Of a DNA stretch of 64,000 nucleotides, positions 39,676-50,419 are shown piece by piece. This DNA is from a virus: positions 33,101 through 97,100 of IMG/VR virus record IMGVR_UViG_3300028197_000782; one strand, 5' to 3'. Both the position numbers and the translations under genes were made by a program. The notes beneath the pieces were generated by a model. That model saw only the letters and a list, made by a program, of their open reading frames with translations. It made no database searches and was not told where the DNA came from. Numbering within the stretch: position 1 is the stretch's first letter; every line of letters begins with the position of its first letter.

Positions 39676-42477
39676 CTATGGTAGTGGATTCTCTGTAGCG
39701 GGACAAGATACTTCATCTATAATAACAGCATGGATCGTTTCTTGGCAATCTCCATCTTGATCTTTTGGTTGACAAGGGTTTAGTAACGTACTAGTTGTGG
39801 CAGGACAGTTAGCAGCGTATATTTGTGCTAATGTATCAGTAGCGCCTGCGCCTTTAGCATCACGAATTCTAGCCATTACTGTAGCCTCATCTATATCGCA
39901 ACATGTAGCATACTTAACAGCTTGCGACACAGGTAAAGCAGCCTGACAGTTTCCATCTGCATCCTCTGAGCATATCAGCGTTTGTTCGCATATAATTTGT
40001 ATCAAATCATTACACGGTTCTGGGGTTGTAGAAGGAGGCGGTGGCGTAGTGACAGGAACTGGATCTGGAGCAGAAATAGTAAGATTAACCTCACCTCCAC
40101 CCTCTGGTATTAAAACAGTAACACCATAATAGCATGTAGTATTACTGCTGGTGCGACTAAGACTAGAACTCTGATAAGCTGATGTAGGATTGGCTGAAGT
40201 TAAAGTAATCGTAGGCTTATTACTATCTCTCCATTCATAGCCACTATCTGCTTGAACGTATCTATTATTCCAATTAGAAAAGCTACTACCACTACTATAA
40301 GTCTGACCAACAGCTCCACAAATAGTAAATGTAAATGTTTCTAAATAATCAGCTGTGTTTACCTGAGCGTTTTGTACATTGTTAAATACATTGACAACTA
40401 CACACTCCTGCGGTGGAGCAGGCGTTGTCGTCGTCGTTACTACTGAGCCGGTAAGAATGACAGTAGCTGATCCACCATTAACAGGCATGGAGTTCAAATT
40501 TACCGTAATGGTACGACTTTTAATAGGAGTAGTAATAGAACTGCCAACGCTAACAGTTACTTCTTCTGCGTTGTCTGTAGCAGATAATGAGGTAATGCCA
40601 TTTGGATTGTCAGCAACTATAGAAAATGTTTTAGAAGGAAAAACTGGAGATGTTTTAGCTGGGCTGATAAATAGTAAAGTATCTCTACTAATAGTTGTAT
40701 TAGGAACATTATTAATAATAAGTATATTGTAAGGAAAGTCAGGCGATGGAGTGGTAGAAGTAGTACCACAAAATGCACTTAAATAAATTTTATCATCACG
40801 AACATCGTCCCATATTTTTTTCTCAGTTAAATATGAATTTTTGCGTAAATACAATACAAGATAAGAGTTGCCACGGATTCTTTTACCTTCTCCGTCCAAG
40901 GCTTCTGGATCTTCTATGTTAAAAGAAAATACTGACTCTTGTTTTCCAGACACACCATAGTCTGACCACTGACTTCCAATAACCGAGACGTTCGGATAGC
41001 TTCTCCATTTACCTATCAAATCCTCTGTGTGTTGTTCAGGATGTACCTCTGGAACATCGTCGTCTTTATCAATAGTATTAGTTATATAAAACAAAGTTCC
41101 AAAATCTAATATATTTTGATTTGTAACTGAATTAACATATGGGAAGCTATTACCTAGACTTGCAATTAAACGACCACTGATAGTTCCACCAAGATTAACT
41201 TGAAACCAAACAGCATTCATATCGCTATGCCTACCGCCCAAGCTCACAAAGAGTGGGTCATCTATATCTCCAATCCCAGACATTTGCCATTCATCAAAAT
41301 TCTGTATTATCCCAGTAGGAGCATCTGCTCCCCAATATGTTTTATGTTGGTTCTCAGAAGGCCATCCTCTATAAGACCATGCTGGACCAGCTAAATTTTT
41401 TGGTAAAGTAAGGCATGATAGACAGTCTCTGATAACTACTTTAATAGGTTCAATTTTTTTATTCATTCTTTTTGGATTGAAATGATCTTCTGCAACCAAG
41501 TCAATAAACCAATCATCTTCTTTAACAGGTTTTTTAGTCATGAAGATAAACTTACCGTCAAACGAGAACTTATCTTTATCCAAACCATCTAAATACCAAT
41601 CCTGTGGACCACAGTAATTAATCATGTCCACATTAAATAATTTCATTTTTATATCTGCTGTTTCTTCGGGAGCAGCTGTAGTCGTAGTAGTTGTTGTAGT
41701 AGTAACATTAGATATAGCTGGCACATCTGTAATCCAAAAGCTTTCAGCGCCTTCTCTTAAATCAGCCAGTTGAGATAAATGTCCTTCAAAGTTTACATCT
41801 CTATTTATATTAGTAATAGCAAAGCGGGGAGGAAGAGTGTAGGCCAAGCTATCGTCTTCCTGAACTTTTATATACTCAAGCTGGTCAACAGCCGTGAAAA
41901 CAACTTGTTTGTCTAGATTTAATAAGAATGGGGATATTGTATATAAACCTTTTGTTTCGTCTTGAGTTTGAGTAGGAACCGTTCCGTCTCCGTGGTAAGA
42001 AAAAGATCTTCTCGTTGGCATGGACTGTAAAAGATGGAACCACTCTCCTAATAATAAACCTTCCCCAAACTCTCTTGTTCTGTACATAATATCTCGCTGC
42101 ACAACGTCCGGCATAGTCAAACCAATACTAGCATTATATGATGGCATAATAATTCTCAAGCCACACGTATTGCTGGTTCTAACTTGAGTAATATTTTGTT
42201 CCTCATACCAAGGCAAAGTCAAAGCTGGGGATAGCTGAATATCTTGTAAAAGTTCTATCAGTCTATTATTCAAGGATTCATTGTCTGTATCGTGTATCCA
42301 AACCCTAGTACTATTATGCCTAAGACAAGCGTAATTTACAGCATTTAAAAACAGTCTAGTAAAAAGATCTTGGTTTTGACCAGAGAATGTAAAGTCTTGA
42401 ATGCTGAAAGCTTTGGTAAAAGCTACAACACGACCTCGACCTTCTTGATATGAAGCTACACCTAATGCCCTACTCAT
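39676..42477 (-). CDS. Multidomain virion protein with Thr/Pro linkers and Cys-rich C-terminus (933 aa)
   Basis: TTTTTTTTTAAP, TTSTTPSP and TTTTTPAPP linkers separate beta domains; C-terminal DADGNCQ/DQDGDCQ repeats. Confidence 0.65.
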   Translation of the reverse strand: MSRALGVASYQEGRGRVVAFTKAFSIQDFTFSGQNQDLFTRLFLNAVNYACLRHNSTRVWIHDTDNESLNNRLIELLQDIQLSPALTLPWYEEQNITQVRTSNTCGLRIIMPSYNASIGLTMPDVVQRDIMYRTREFGEGLLLGEWFHLLQSMPTRRSFSYHGDGTVPTQTQDETKGLYTISPFLLNLDKQVVFTAVDQLEYIKVQEDDSLAYTLPPRFAITNINRDVNFEGHLSQLADLREGAESFWITDVPAISNVTTTTTTTTTAAPEETADIKMKLFNVDMINYCGPQDWYLDGLDKDKFSFDGKFIFMTKKPVKEDDWFIDLVAEDHFNPKRMNKKIEPIKVVIRDCLSCLTLPKNLAGPAWSYRGWPSENQHKTYWGADAPTGIIQNFDEWQMSGIGDIDDPLFVSLGGRHSDMNAVWFQVNLGGTISGRLIASLGNSFPYVNSVTNQNILDFGTLFYITNTIDKDDDVPEVHPEQHTEDLIGKWRSYPNVSVIGSQWSDYGVSGKQESVFSFNIEDPEALDGEGKRIRGNSYLVLYLRKNSYLTEKKIWDDVRDDKIYLSAFCGTTSTTPSPDFPYNILIINNVPNTTISRDTLLFISPAKTSPVFPSKTFSIVADNPNGITSLSATDNAEEVTVSVGSSITTPIKSRTITVNLNSMPVNGGSATVILTGSVVTTTTTPAPPQECVVVNVFNNVQNAQVNTADYLETFTFTICGAVGQTYSSGSSFSNWNNRYVQADSGYEWRDSNKPTITLTSANPTSAYQSSSLSRTSSNTTCYYGVTVLIPEGGGEVNLTISAPDPVPVTTPPPPSTTPEPCNDLIQIICEQTLICSEDADGNCQAALPVSQAVKYATCCDIDEATVMARIRDAKGAGATDTLAQIYAANCPATTSTLLNPCQPKDQDGDCQETIHAVIIDEVSCPATENPLP

Positions 42478-44597
42478 TACACACCCACTATCCTTTCCCT
42501 AGTACCAAAATCAATCATATAATAAAATACCATTGAACTTAATACCTCTGAAGTTGCAGTTCCATATATTCTATAATTAAACATACTTACGTTTTCGGTA
42601 CTTAAGTAATTAGTATTCCCGTCAAGTGTTTCGTAGAACGCAAAAGAAGAGAAACCACTAATTGTATCAGACCCTTTGCCACACTTGTCTGGATTTGCAA
42701 TATCACAAATATAGTCTAAATCGCAAGATACTCCAAAAGAATAATTGAAAGCACTTTCTCTGTATAAAACCAAATTAAAGTCTGCTGATAACTCAGTACC
42801 TCGCACTGCTGGATATTTAATGTCATAAAATATATTAGTGTGAACACCATTGCTATAGGGCAATACTAACTTGTGATTACTTGGTAAATCTTCTAAGAAA
42901 TCTTGAGCGTCGAATTTATTTTTAGCCGCTTCAAAATATATACCATTGTACCAAGGAGGTCCAACCAGTGGAGAGTTTGAGTCATCAATTGACGTACCAG
43001 TTATTTCAGTAGGAAATGCTTCTCTAGATACCATCATCTGCAATGGGAATAGAAGCCTACCGCTATCGGGAGTTTGAAAACAAACGCCTTCATCGTTTTC
43101 TGTTATTTCTGCTGTGTGGTACAAATCAGAACACAATGGAGATAAAGTAGTAGTGGTACTGCTTGTAGTAGTGGTGGTAGTTGTAACGGCTTCACCATTA
43201 AACAAAATAATTGCTCTGGTCTCAGGCTGGTTGGGCATCTCAAAAATGATTGGATATTCTACTTTTTTCTTATCTGGAGAAATTTGTGGTATGGCAAATT
43301 CTTGAGCAATAAACTCAGCGCCAGTTCCAGCAAAACTAATCAGTGGAGCTATTTCAAATTCTAGCTCACCAGAAGCTGTTATAGCTGCTCTTGTATTTCT
43401 TGTTTCACCTCCGGGTCCAGCTAATATCTCTGCATCTCTGTCAGAAAAACCACCCACCAAGCCAATATCATCATAATCTATACGGAATGATGAAAACTCA
43501 GGAGGGATAGTTGTTGTTGTTGTAGTAGTAGTTGTTGTTGTGGTTGTTGTAGTCGTGGTTGTCGTAGTCGTTGTAGTCGTAGTAGGGGGAGGAGTAGTAA
43601 CTGGAACATAGCTTAAAATGCAGTATCCACTACCGCCTTTTCCGCTTTTACCAGCGCCGCCACCTCCCGTTCCGCTGACGGCATTTTTAGAAGGTGTGCT
43701 ACCTCCACCTCCCAGACCTCCATCAATAGAAGTAGAATTTACTGGATCTCCAGCACCGCCTCCACCATAGTATTTATATTTATTACTGTGCGTAGTGATA
43801 GCTACTCCATCGCCACCGGGACCAGCGTTTTTAAATTGATTATTTATACGTATACCAGCAGATCTTCCGGTTTCACCAGCTCCACCACCGCCTCCTCCAC
43901 CGATGTTACCAAAAGAGGCTCCACCTTTATTACCTCTAATGCCTTCAGCACCAAAAGTATTACTGCGACCACCAGCTCCTCCTCCACTAGCACCTCTACG
44001 TGCATCATCTAGAAAAGCAGATCCACCAGCACCACCGCCTAAAGCTTTAATTTGCACAGGTGAAATTTCAGTATTAGTTCCATCAAGACCAACATCTCCA
44101 CCAGTACCTATGACAATCTGATAGCTACCTGTTGGAAACTTATAAGAAGCTTGGTATACTTCTCCAGCTCCACCGCCTCCACCACCATCAAACTGACCAC
44201 CTCCACCTCCTCCTCCAACCAATAATATGTTCACGTTAGCGAAAAAACCATCGCGTTGGTTAGCGTATGGAAAGATTGAAAAAGTATCATTGCTAGAAAA
44301 CTCATGTACTATCAAGTTTTTATTAATAACTTTTTTCTCTCCACCGTAAGCATTAAAGTAAAATGGAGCTTCAGTAGTGGCTATAGCAGGACAGATAGCA
44401 CCACTGTTTGGAATCTTGACGTAATCTTTCAAGAACTTCAATGGATGAGGAACGGGTGTCGTAGATGTAGTCGTACTTGTAGTTGGACCGGGAGTAGTAG
44501 TTTCAAATATAGCATAGGGGCGATCTTGCGCCCCCGGTCTTACACGACGATTTCTTTGATCTGGCCTAAAACAGCCTGACGGTTCACAACGAGCCAT
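42477..44597 (-). CDS. Glycine-rich-domain virion protein with poly-Thr linkers (706 aa)
   Basis: LLVGGGGGGG...GGGGGAGEV...YYGGGGAG...GGSGYCIL glycine-rich module common in phage fibres, followed by a run of >20 Thr. Confidence 0.75.
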   Translation of the reverse strand: MARCEPSGCFRPDQRNRRVRPGAQDRPYAIFETTTPGPTTSTTTSTTPVPHPLKFLKDYVKIPNSGAICPAIATTEAPFYFNAYGGEKKVINKNLIVHEFSSNDTFSIFPYANQRDGFFANVNILLVGGGGGGGQFDGGGGGGAGEVYQASYKFPTGSYQIVIGTGGDVGLDGTNTEISPVQIKALGGGAGGSAFLDDARRGASGGGAGGRSNTFGAEGIRGNKGGASFGNIGGGGGGGAGETGRSAGIRINNQFKNAGPGGDGVAITTHSNKYKYYGGGGAGDPVNSTSIDGGLGGGGSTPSKNAVSGTGGGGAGKSGKGGSGYCILSYVPVTTPPPTTTTTTTTTTTTTTTTTTTTTTTTTIPPEFSSFRIDYDDIGLVGGFSDRDAEILAGPGGETRNTRAAITASGELEFEIAPLISFAGTGAEFIAQEFAIPQISPDKKKVEYPIIFEMPNQPETRAIILFNGEAVTTTTTTTSSTTTTLSPLCSDLYHTAEITENDEGVCFQTPDSGRLLFPLQMMVSREAFPTEITGTSIDDSNSPLVGPPWYNGIYFEAAKNKFDAQDFLEDLPSNHKLVLPYSNGVHTNIFYDIKYPAVRGTELSADFNLVLYRESAFNYSFGVSCDLDYICDIANPDKCGKGSDTISGFSSFAFYETLDGNTNYLSTENVSMFNYRIYGTATSEVLSSMVFYYMIDFGTRERIVGV

Positions 44598-44610
44598 TTA
44601 TCAGTCCTCA

Positions 44611-47600
44611 TTAATTTTGTCCAGTTATTGATATTGGTCTATATTCATTACCAATCTTTATTGCTATAACATAGTCTCCTGTATAAATTGCTATATTAGG
44701 ATCTCGTAAAGTTACTTCTATCTCACTAGGAGGAACAGCAGCTGAATCAGCATCAACAAATTTACTACTGCTGTCTACAACCTTACGCTTTATATAAAAT
44801 CTTAATTTATCGTCAGAGTTTGAACCCGCAGAGATTCCATCACTAGGCCAATCACCACCCCTATTGTTTGGAGATGGTTGTATTATTGTAGTCACTACTC
44901 CCTCGATAAACAAAGCGTCTATCCTAGTATCAATGCCGTCTGATCTAGTGGACTGTGCGGATATGGCATTAGAGTTAGTAGTAATATTAACTTCAGCGTT
45001 ATCAAGCTCTGCTAAGAAATTAGCATTAGGAATCTTAGTTCCATTAGGGAATAATATCTCTCCACGAACTTTAAGGTCTGAGTTGAATTTAACGAACTGA
45101 TGATTGGTACTGGCATAATTTTCAGTTGCACTTGGCGGTTCATTAAGTGTATCTATGTCTATAATGTCAATCGAATATTCATTGTCAAGCATGTAGTATT
45201 TTCTTTGAAGCTTAAAGTTGCTATTAAATGTAATACCACCAACTTTATAATGTGTGCTGCTCTGTTGTATTAATATATTTGAACTACTAGCATTAGCATT
45301 GGGGAATACTGCAAGAGCGTTATTTGCACCAAAGAATTTATCAATACCATCTGTCTTGGCTCTAACCGTTGGAGTGCCATGACCCATAACTATACTATTA
45401 GAGTATGAAGTTGTAATACCTGTGCCAAGTACAATGTTATTACTATCATCAGTACCAGCTGTTAAATTAGAACCAATAAAGATATTACCATCACCTGATG
45501 AAATTCCTTTACCAGCACGATAGCCAAACGCAGTGTTATCTGTTGCATTAGCTCCAATGTTAGTAAGAGATTCATACCCAAAGAATGTATTACGCTCTGT
45601 AGTACTGACAATGTTAGATCTTTTATCTGGCGCTCTAATACCAACAAACGTATTGCCTTGACCGTCTAGGGCTACGGCTCTATCTGAAAAACCATCAAGA
45701 GAAGAGGCTACCAGATTAGCATTAAATAAATTACCACTACTATCAACAAAGGATAGATTAGTAGACTGAACATCTTCATCAATAAATCTTGTAAATAATT
45801 GACCATATCCAGCTACAGCTGTTGGTATGCCTGAAGCTTCACGTATTGCAATAAAAGCATTAGAGTTGTCTTCATCTCCAAGAGACAGCATTGCTTCTGG
45901 ACAGCCCATAGCTCTGTCAAGTATAGCAAGATGTCCTGAATGTCCTACTGTTAATGCTTGATGTGTTGTGCCATTGTCATAATGATCAAAATCAATTGTT
46001 CCACTATTCTTAATGTAGTGAATTCCCATTCCATGTTTTAAGCAATTTTCATCAGCAAGTATTTCTAAACCAGCGGTATGATTACTGTCGTTTTCTGCGG
46101 TAGTTCTAATAATAGCATTGCCAGTACTTCGCACATTGAATATAGTGTCAGGAAGCATGGATTCAGAATGGTCGAAATTACTTACACCAACATATCCCTC
46201 GCTACCGTCTTGCAATAGCATGAAGCATCTCTTGGCATATGCGCTTTGGTTGTACGAAGAAATAATAAATCTTTTAGGATTTTGACCTTCTTGTTCATTA
46301 AAGAAAGCAGGCTGTGGGAGTTCAGAGTTAGAGATGTAACCCATTTGAAATCCATCCCACTGCTCAACACCATTATCAAAAGTGTAAGCATCTGTATCAT
46401 TTAAGAATCTTTGGAATAAATTAACTCCAGACTGAGGAGATGATACCGTAATGGCAAACTCGCCAGTGTTGGCAGCTAGAAGTCCAGAGTTGGCTATGAA
46501 GTTCCAATCACCATCACCTACTCTATTAGTTGCGATATTATGCTCAGGGCTGAAATATCCAACACCATTTTGCATGTACAATCCAAAACCATCATGACTA
46601 TATGTTGATAAGTTTAACTCATCTTTGCTAAGTATTCTTTGTGTTTGTACGTGTCGTCCATTGTCAACTGATAAACTAATATTACTATTCCAAGACGAAC
46701 GACTAAAAGCATTATCTTGTTGTAGATTAGCTAGCTCTGTGTTCTGTGATTTAAATCCAAATGAATATGTTCTTTTGTAATCTACTCCCTTGGCTTTTAT
46801 TTTTATTCCAGCTTCATTCAGATCTTCGTCTAGCATCTGTGGTTCTGGATATGGTTCTTCATTTGAAGGATCATAATAATCGTATAATCCAGTTTCACCA
46901 CCACCATCAATGGATGTAATATCTCCAGTGGAAGCTAGATATAATGTTTTGTTTTTAAAGTGTGTCTGTTCTACGGCTTCAAATCTATTAAACTTACCAA
47001 CACCATCTACATAAAGATTGTATATGTGAGCAGATAACCATCTCTTCTGCGCATCGCCAACAACTTGTACAATATCATTCTGTGGCCTAAAGTGACCGCC
47101 AACATAAACGTCAGTTCCTAAGCTAGTTTCTCCATTAGCAGTCAAGTTGCCAGCTATGGTTGTGTTACCAGTTACACTTAAAGTGTTTTCCAGAGATGTC
47201 TGTTTTGTAACTTTTAACGTACCAGTTATATCTAAATCATTACTTAATGTAAACTTAGTTAAACTAGCATCATAGGTAAGACTGTCGCTTTTAAAATAAA
47301 TACCATCGGAAATGTGCATATTTCTAAAACGATAATTTATAGTGCCTATGTCATATGCGTCACTGTCGCTAGGAGATATACCACCGGCTAACTGTAATGC
47401 AGATTGCGTATCAACAAAATCACGAATACCAATACCTAAACGTAATGTAGTATTAGAGGGGTCCATGTCACCCATTAAAAATGGAACTAAACCAGTTCCA
47501 GCAGGGTTATCGCAAACATAGTCAGAGTCAACAGGGTGTGGGCCAAGGTAAAATCTATGAGTGTCATTCTCTGAAATATAATATCCAGCACCATGACCAA

Positions 47601-48057
47601 TGGCTATATTAAAATTACCATCTTTATTATTAGCTAAAGAGAAAGCTCCTAAACCAATGTTTGCATATCCAGCAATATTATTACCAACGGAGTGATAACC
47701 AACAGCAACATTGTCTTCACCGTACATGTTGCAAGTTAAAGCAAATGAACCAACCGCAACATTTCGAGCAGCTTCTATTTGTGACTTAGAAGCAGCGAAA
47801 CCTACAGCTACATCGTCAGAAGTTCCAAAAGCTGAGATTGCTCTTTTAGAATGAGTCTCTAGACCAAACCTAGTAGACCTAACATCAAGAGTTTCTAAGT
47901 TGTTTGCGTGTAGATTTTCTACTACTGTTAGACGACTAACAGAATCTATGATGTTGATTAAGTTTCGTCTAATATCAAGCGGAGATATCTCACCAGTTGT
48001 ATTATCTGGCATATCTACCTTGATAGTAGAGATGAGTTCCTCTTTTGATAATTTCAT
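44611..48057 (-). CDS. Fibre/spike-like protein with 14-aa N-x-A-x-G beta-roll repeats (1148 aa)
   Basis: DVAVG, NVAVG, NVAVG, NIGLG, NIAIG and a second block NTFFG/NTAFG/NIFIG/NIVLG; short coiled coil before the C-terminal domain. Confidence 0.7.
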   Translation of the reverse strand: MKLSKEELISTIKVDMPDNTTGEISPLDIRRNLINIIDSVSRLTVVENLHANNLETLDVRSTRFGLETHSKRAISAFGTSDDVAVGFAASKSQIEAARNVAVGSFALTCNMYGEDNVAVGYHSVGNNIAGYANIGLGAFSLANNKDGNFNIAIGHGAGYYISENDTHRFYLGPHPVDSDYVCDNPAGTGLVPFLMGDMDPSNTTLRLGIGIRDFVDTQSALQLAGGISPSDSDAYDIGTINYRFRNMHISDGIYFKSDSLTYDASLTKFTLSNDLDITGTLKVTKQTSLENTLSVTGNTTIAGNLTANGETSLGTDVYVGGHFRPQNDIVQVVGDAQKRWLSAHIYNLYVDGVGKFNRFEAVEQTHFKNKTLYLASTGDITSIDGGGETGLYDYYDPSNEEPYPEPQMLDEDLNEAGIKIKAKGVDYKRTYSFGFKSQNTELANLQQDNAFSRSSWNSNISLSVDNGRHVQTQRILSKDELNLSTYSHDGFGLYMQNGVGYFSPEHNIATNRVGDGDWNFIANSGLLAANTGEFAITVSSPQSGVNLFQRFLNDTDAYTFDNGVEQWDGFQMGYISNSELPQPAFFNEQEGQNPKRFIISSYNQSAYAKRCFMLLQDGSEGYVGVSNFDHSESMLPDTIFNVRSTGNAIIRTTAENDSNHTAGLEILADENCLKHGMGIHYIKNSGTIDFDHYDNGTTHQALTVGHSGHLAILDRAMGCPEAMLSLGDEDNSNAFIAIREASGIPTAVAGYGQLFTRFIDEDVQSTNLSFVDSSGNLFNANLVASSLDGFSDRAVALDGQGNTFVGIRAPDKRSNIVSTTERNTFFGYESLTNIGANATDNTAFGYRAGKGISSGDGNIFIGSNLTAGTDDSNNIVLGTGITTSYSNSIVMGHGTPTVRAKTDGIDKFFGANNALAVFPNANASSSNILIQQSSTHYKVGGITFNSNFKLQRKYYMLDNEYSIDIIDIDTLNEPPSATENYASTNHQFVKFNSDLKVRGEILFPNGTKIPNANFLAELDNAEVNITTNSNAISAQSTRSDGIDTRIDALFIEGVVTTIIQPSPNNRGGDWPSDGISAGSNSDDKLRFYIKRKVVDSSSKFVDADSAAVPPSEIEVTLRDPNIAIYTGDYVIAIKIGNEYRPISITGQN

Positions 48058-48059
48058 AC

Positions 48060-48812
48060 TTATTTAACGCTAATCTCTAGAGATGATGGAATAAATTGAA
48101 CTATATCGCCTCTGCCAACTGTCTTAGCTGTTTCTAGTGCAGAATAAAATAAAATATTCCCCTCTCCTACTGTCGAACTATCCATGATAGCGATTGCGTT
48201 AATTGTTCCCCATCCTCCCTGTCCCGCTTGGGGGAAGGAAATGGTTGTGTTATTTTGAATAAATCCATTACCATCATATTTCTTATAAAGAATTTCTTGA
48301 GGATCAGGATTATCAGTTTGTCTTTTTTTCACATCATTAGCTGGTGCATAAAAGCTTACGCCGGGAAAGTCTTCAGCAAAAACAATTGGTCCTTCTGCGG
48401 TTCCATTAACTGAGCTTGAATTGAGATACAGTGGATACCAAAATCCAGAATCTGCAACTACTTCTGTGTGGACATAATACGCCGAGGCCGTATCAATTCC
48501 AACATCAGACCATTTAGAATTACCCTGACTAGCAGGACTACCTAAACTCACTCTATCATATAAAGTATCTATTGTAGCACCACCCGCATTTGTGTTTGAA
48601 GTGACCACTTCGTCCATTGTGGCTCCAGTTAGATCATCCCCCGGTACTGTATTTAATAATGCAATTGATATATTACTAGGTTTACCGTATGGTATATTAG
48701 CATCACCAAAAGCAGGATTATTAGGTATGTTGGAATGACCAAGGAAAGAACTTGATCCTCTGAAAATAAACTCCAACAGTTGTTTTTCAAGATAGTCAGA
48801 AATTGCAGCCAT
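48060..48812 (-). CDS. Conserved phage structural protein (likely start MAAISDYLE at 48812)
   Basis: SD AGGAGA upstream of the ATG at 48810-48812. SDYLE..LL...IAL...YDRV...ISFPQA...WGTI...IMDS...GNILF family motif. Confidence 0.65.
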   Translation of the reverse strand: MAAISDYLEKQLLEFIFRGSSSFLGHSNIPNNPAFGDANIPYGKPSNISIALLNTVPGDDLTGATMDEVVTSNTNAGGATIDTLYDRVSLGSPASQGNSKWSDVGIDTASAYYVHTEVVADSGFWYPLYLNSSSVNGTAEGPIVFAEDFPGVSFYAPANDVKKRQTDNPDPQEILYKKYDGNGFIQNNTTISFPQAGQGGWGTINAIAIMDSSTVGEGNILFYSALETAKTVGRGDIVQFIPSSLEISVK

Positions 48813-48851
48813 ATTTTTTCTCCTAGAAATCCAATCATCGACAACTAAAGG

Positions 48852-48860
48852 TATATACAC
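48852..48860 (-). promoter_or_regulatory. Putative late promoter variant GTGTATATA right after the capsid terminator
   Basis: Motif variant 40 bp upstream of the 48812 start. Confidence 0.55.
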
Positions 48861-48895
48861 AAAAAAAGCCACCCCCAGAATCCCAAGGGTGGCTT
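48861..48895 (-). terminator. Rho-independent terminator after the major capsid gene
   Basis: Stem AAGCCACCC/GGGTGGCTT (48866-48874, 48887-48895) running into a T-tract on the minus strand. Confidence 0.85.
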
Positions 48896-48918
48896 AAATT
48901 GTGGCTTAGAACAAAATA

Positions 48919-49926
48919 TTAGAATGAGCCAAGGATCACTCTGCGATTGTCTAAAACGCCAAAACCAAGCTCTGCAAAGCCGTAATAGCCAGCTCTTTGC
49001 TGTCTATGGAGAGTTGGGTCTTCAAAGACTGACAACTGCTCCTTCACGGGCATTACGAAGCTATCGTTGGTGGACTGATCAAGACCTACGACTAGCTCAG
49101 TGTCGCTGGTCTGGACGGCCCCGGAAAGCTCGCTGGTAAAGAAGGATTGATATTCCTGACCTTCACCAAGTTCATCAAGATCATGAAGATTTACACCGAA
49201 GATGCGAGTGATAGGTGCGCCACCTTCAGAAGCTGTGTAAATCTCACGACGAGTAACTTCATCAACTTGATCAAGTCCCCAGTTGCGAACGTCCTCAAGA
49301 GCTTCAGGGGATACATAAAGATCGGTCAATCTTCCACGACCAACTGAAGCGCTATTGCCACCAGAGTTACGGCGCATGACCGTCTGCATAAGAGAAACGA
49401 GTCTCTTACTGAAAAGGCCAGCCGTAGCATCGCCATCATAAACGAGGATGTTACGATCAACACCAGCTGCGAGCAGCGTGTGCCATCCATCATCATTCAT
49501 TTTCTTTACGAAGCCAGCTTCCATGACTTGCATGGCGCGACCAACGATGTCCCAACGTGCTTCACGAGCATATCGTAGAAGGTAATCTACAGATGATGCA
49601 ATGCTATACGTTGGAATCATGACGTAATCGCCTTCAACCGAACGCTCTGGTATTCTACCATGACCGGGATTAGTATAAGCTACATGCTCACCTTCAAGTC
49701 CGGGGCTGATAAGATCAAGAGGAAATTCAGTTGTAGAACCGGCTTCGACATTAATAGTCTCGAAAATAGTACCAAGGATGTTGCCGACAAGCACACCCTT
49801 ACGAAGTGGTAACTCAAGAGCTTTAGCGAATTCACGCTGTGCAGCTTGGGCTACTTGGATATCGCTATCCCCCGATTTTCGGAGGAGACCGATGAATTCA
49901 TCACTAGGTCTTTCATTAGTAGGCAT
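48919..49926 (-). CDS. Major capsid protein (335 aa)
   Basis: Follows protease-scaffold and decoration genes; strong SD; downstream terminator; HK97-like size and C-terminal GYYGFAELGFGVLD motif. Confidence 0.85.
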   Translation of the reverse strand: MPTNERPSDEFIGLLRKSGDSDIQVAQAAQREFAKALELPLRKGVLVGNILGTIFETINVEAGSTTEFPLDLISPGLEGEHVAYTNPGHGRIPERSVEGDYVMIPTYSIASSVDYLLRYAREARWDIVGRAMQVMEAGFVKKMNDDGWHTLLAAGVDRNILVYDGDATAGLFSKRLVSLMQTVMRRNSGGNSASVGRGRLTDLYVSPEALEDVRNWGLDQVDEVTRREIYTASEGGAPITRIFGVNLHDLDELGEGQEYQSFFTSELSGAVQTSDTELVVGLDQSTNDSFVMPVKEQLSVFEDPTLHRQQRAGYYGFAELGFGVLDNRRVILGSF

Positions 49927-49957
49927 AATTATTGTTCTCCTTTGTTATGTTGTTTGA

Positions 49958-50401
49958 TTAGGGAAGGTTTACTTCCACCTTGGCGTAACCGTCTTCGTCT
50001 TTTGTCGAAACAAAACGACCAACGGTATATGTACCCGAAGTAGCAACGTTTCCGGCAACTACTTCACTAGCGTATGCTGCGTCTCCAGCACTTGGAGTGC
50101 CAGTAATAGCATTAGTTACAACATAACCCTTACGAAGAACAGTGACCTTGCCACCCTTTTGTACTTCGTCTTTATGCTGATTGAGGTGAGTACGAGTTAA
50201 GTCCTTGTTAACGACATCATTTAAGAGTACGCCAACAGGAACACCTGATGTGTGCTTCTTCACAAGGTTAACACCTTGATCCATAGCAGCCCCAGAACCG
50301 GCTGTATCATGTACAACTACGCAACCGCGAGTAGCAGTGCCTTCGTTGTAGAAGAAACTAATGTCCGTCTGGAGTTCATATCTATCTGATTTAAGAGCCA
50401 T
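49958..50401 (-). CDS. Head decoration/cement protein (147 aa)
   Basis: Between scaffold and MCP; GVLLNDV...VTVLRKGYV.T...GD.AY beta-tulip-like pattern. Confidence 0.65.
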   Translation of the reverse strand: MALKSDRYELQTDISFFYNEGTATRGCVVVHDTAGSGAAMDQGVNLVKKHTSGVPVGVLLNDVVNKDLTRTHLNQHKDEVQKGGKVTVLRKGYVVTNAITGTPSAGDAAYASEVVAGNVATSGTYTVGRFVSTKDEDGYAKVEVNLP

Positions 50402-50419
50402 AATTAATATCTCCTTTAA

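Noticed and set aside
48813-48872. N-terminal extension MAFFVYIP... of the 270-aa ORF
   Set aside because: It overlaps the terminator and late motif; the SD supports the ATG at 48812.
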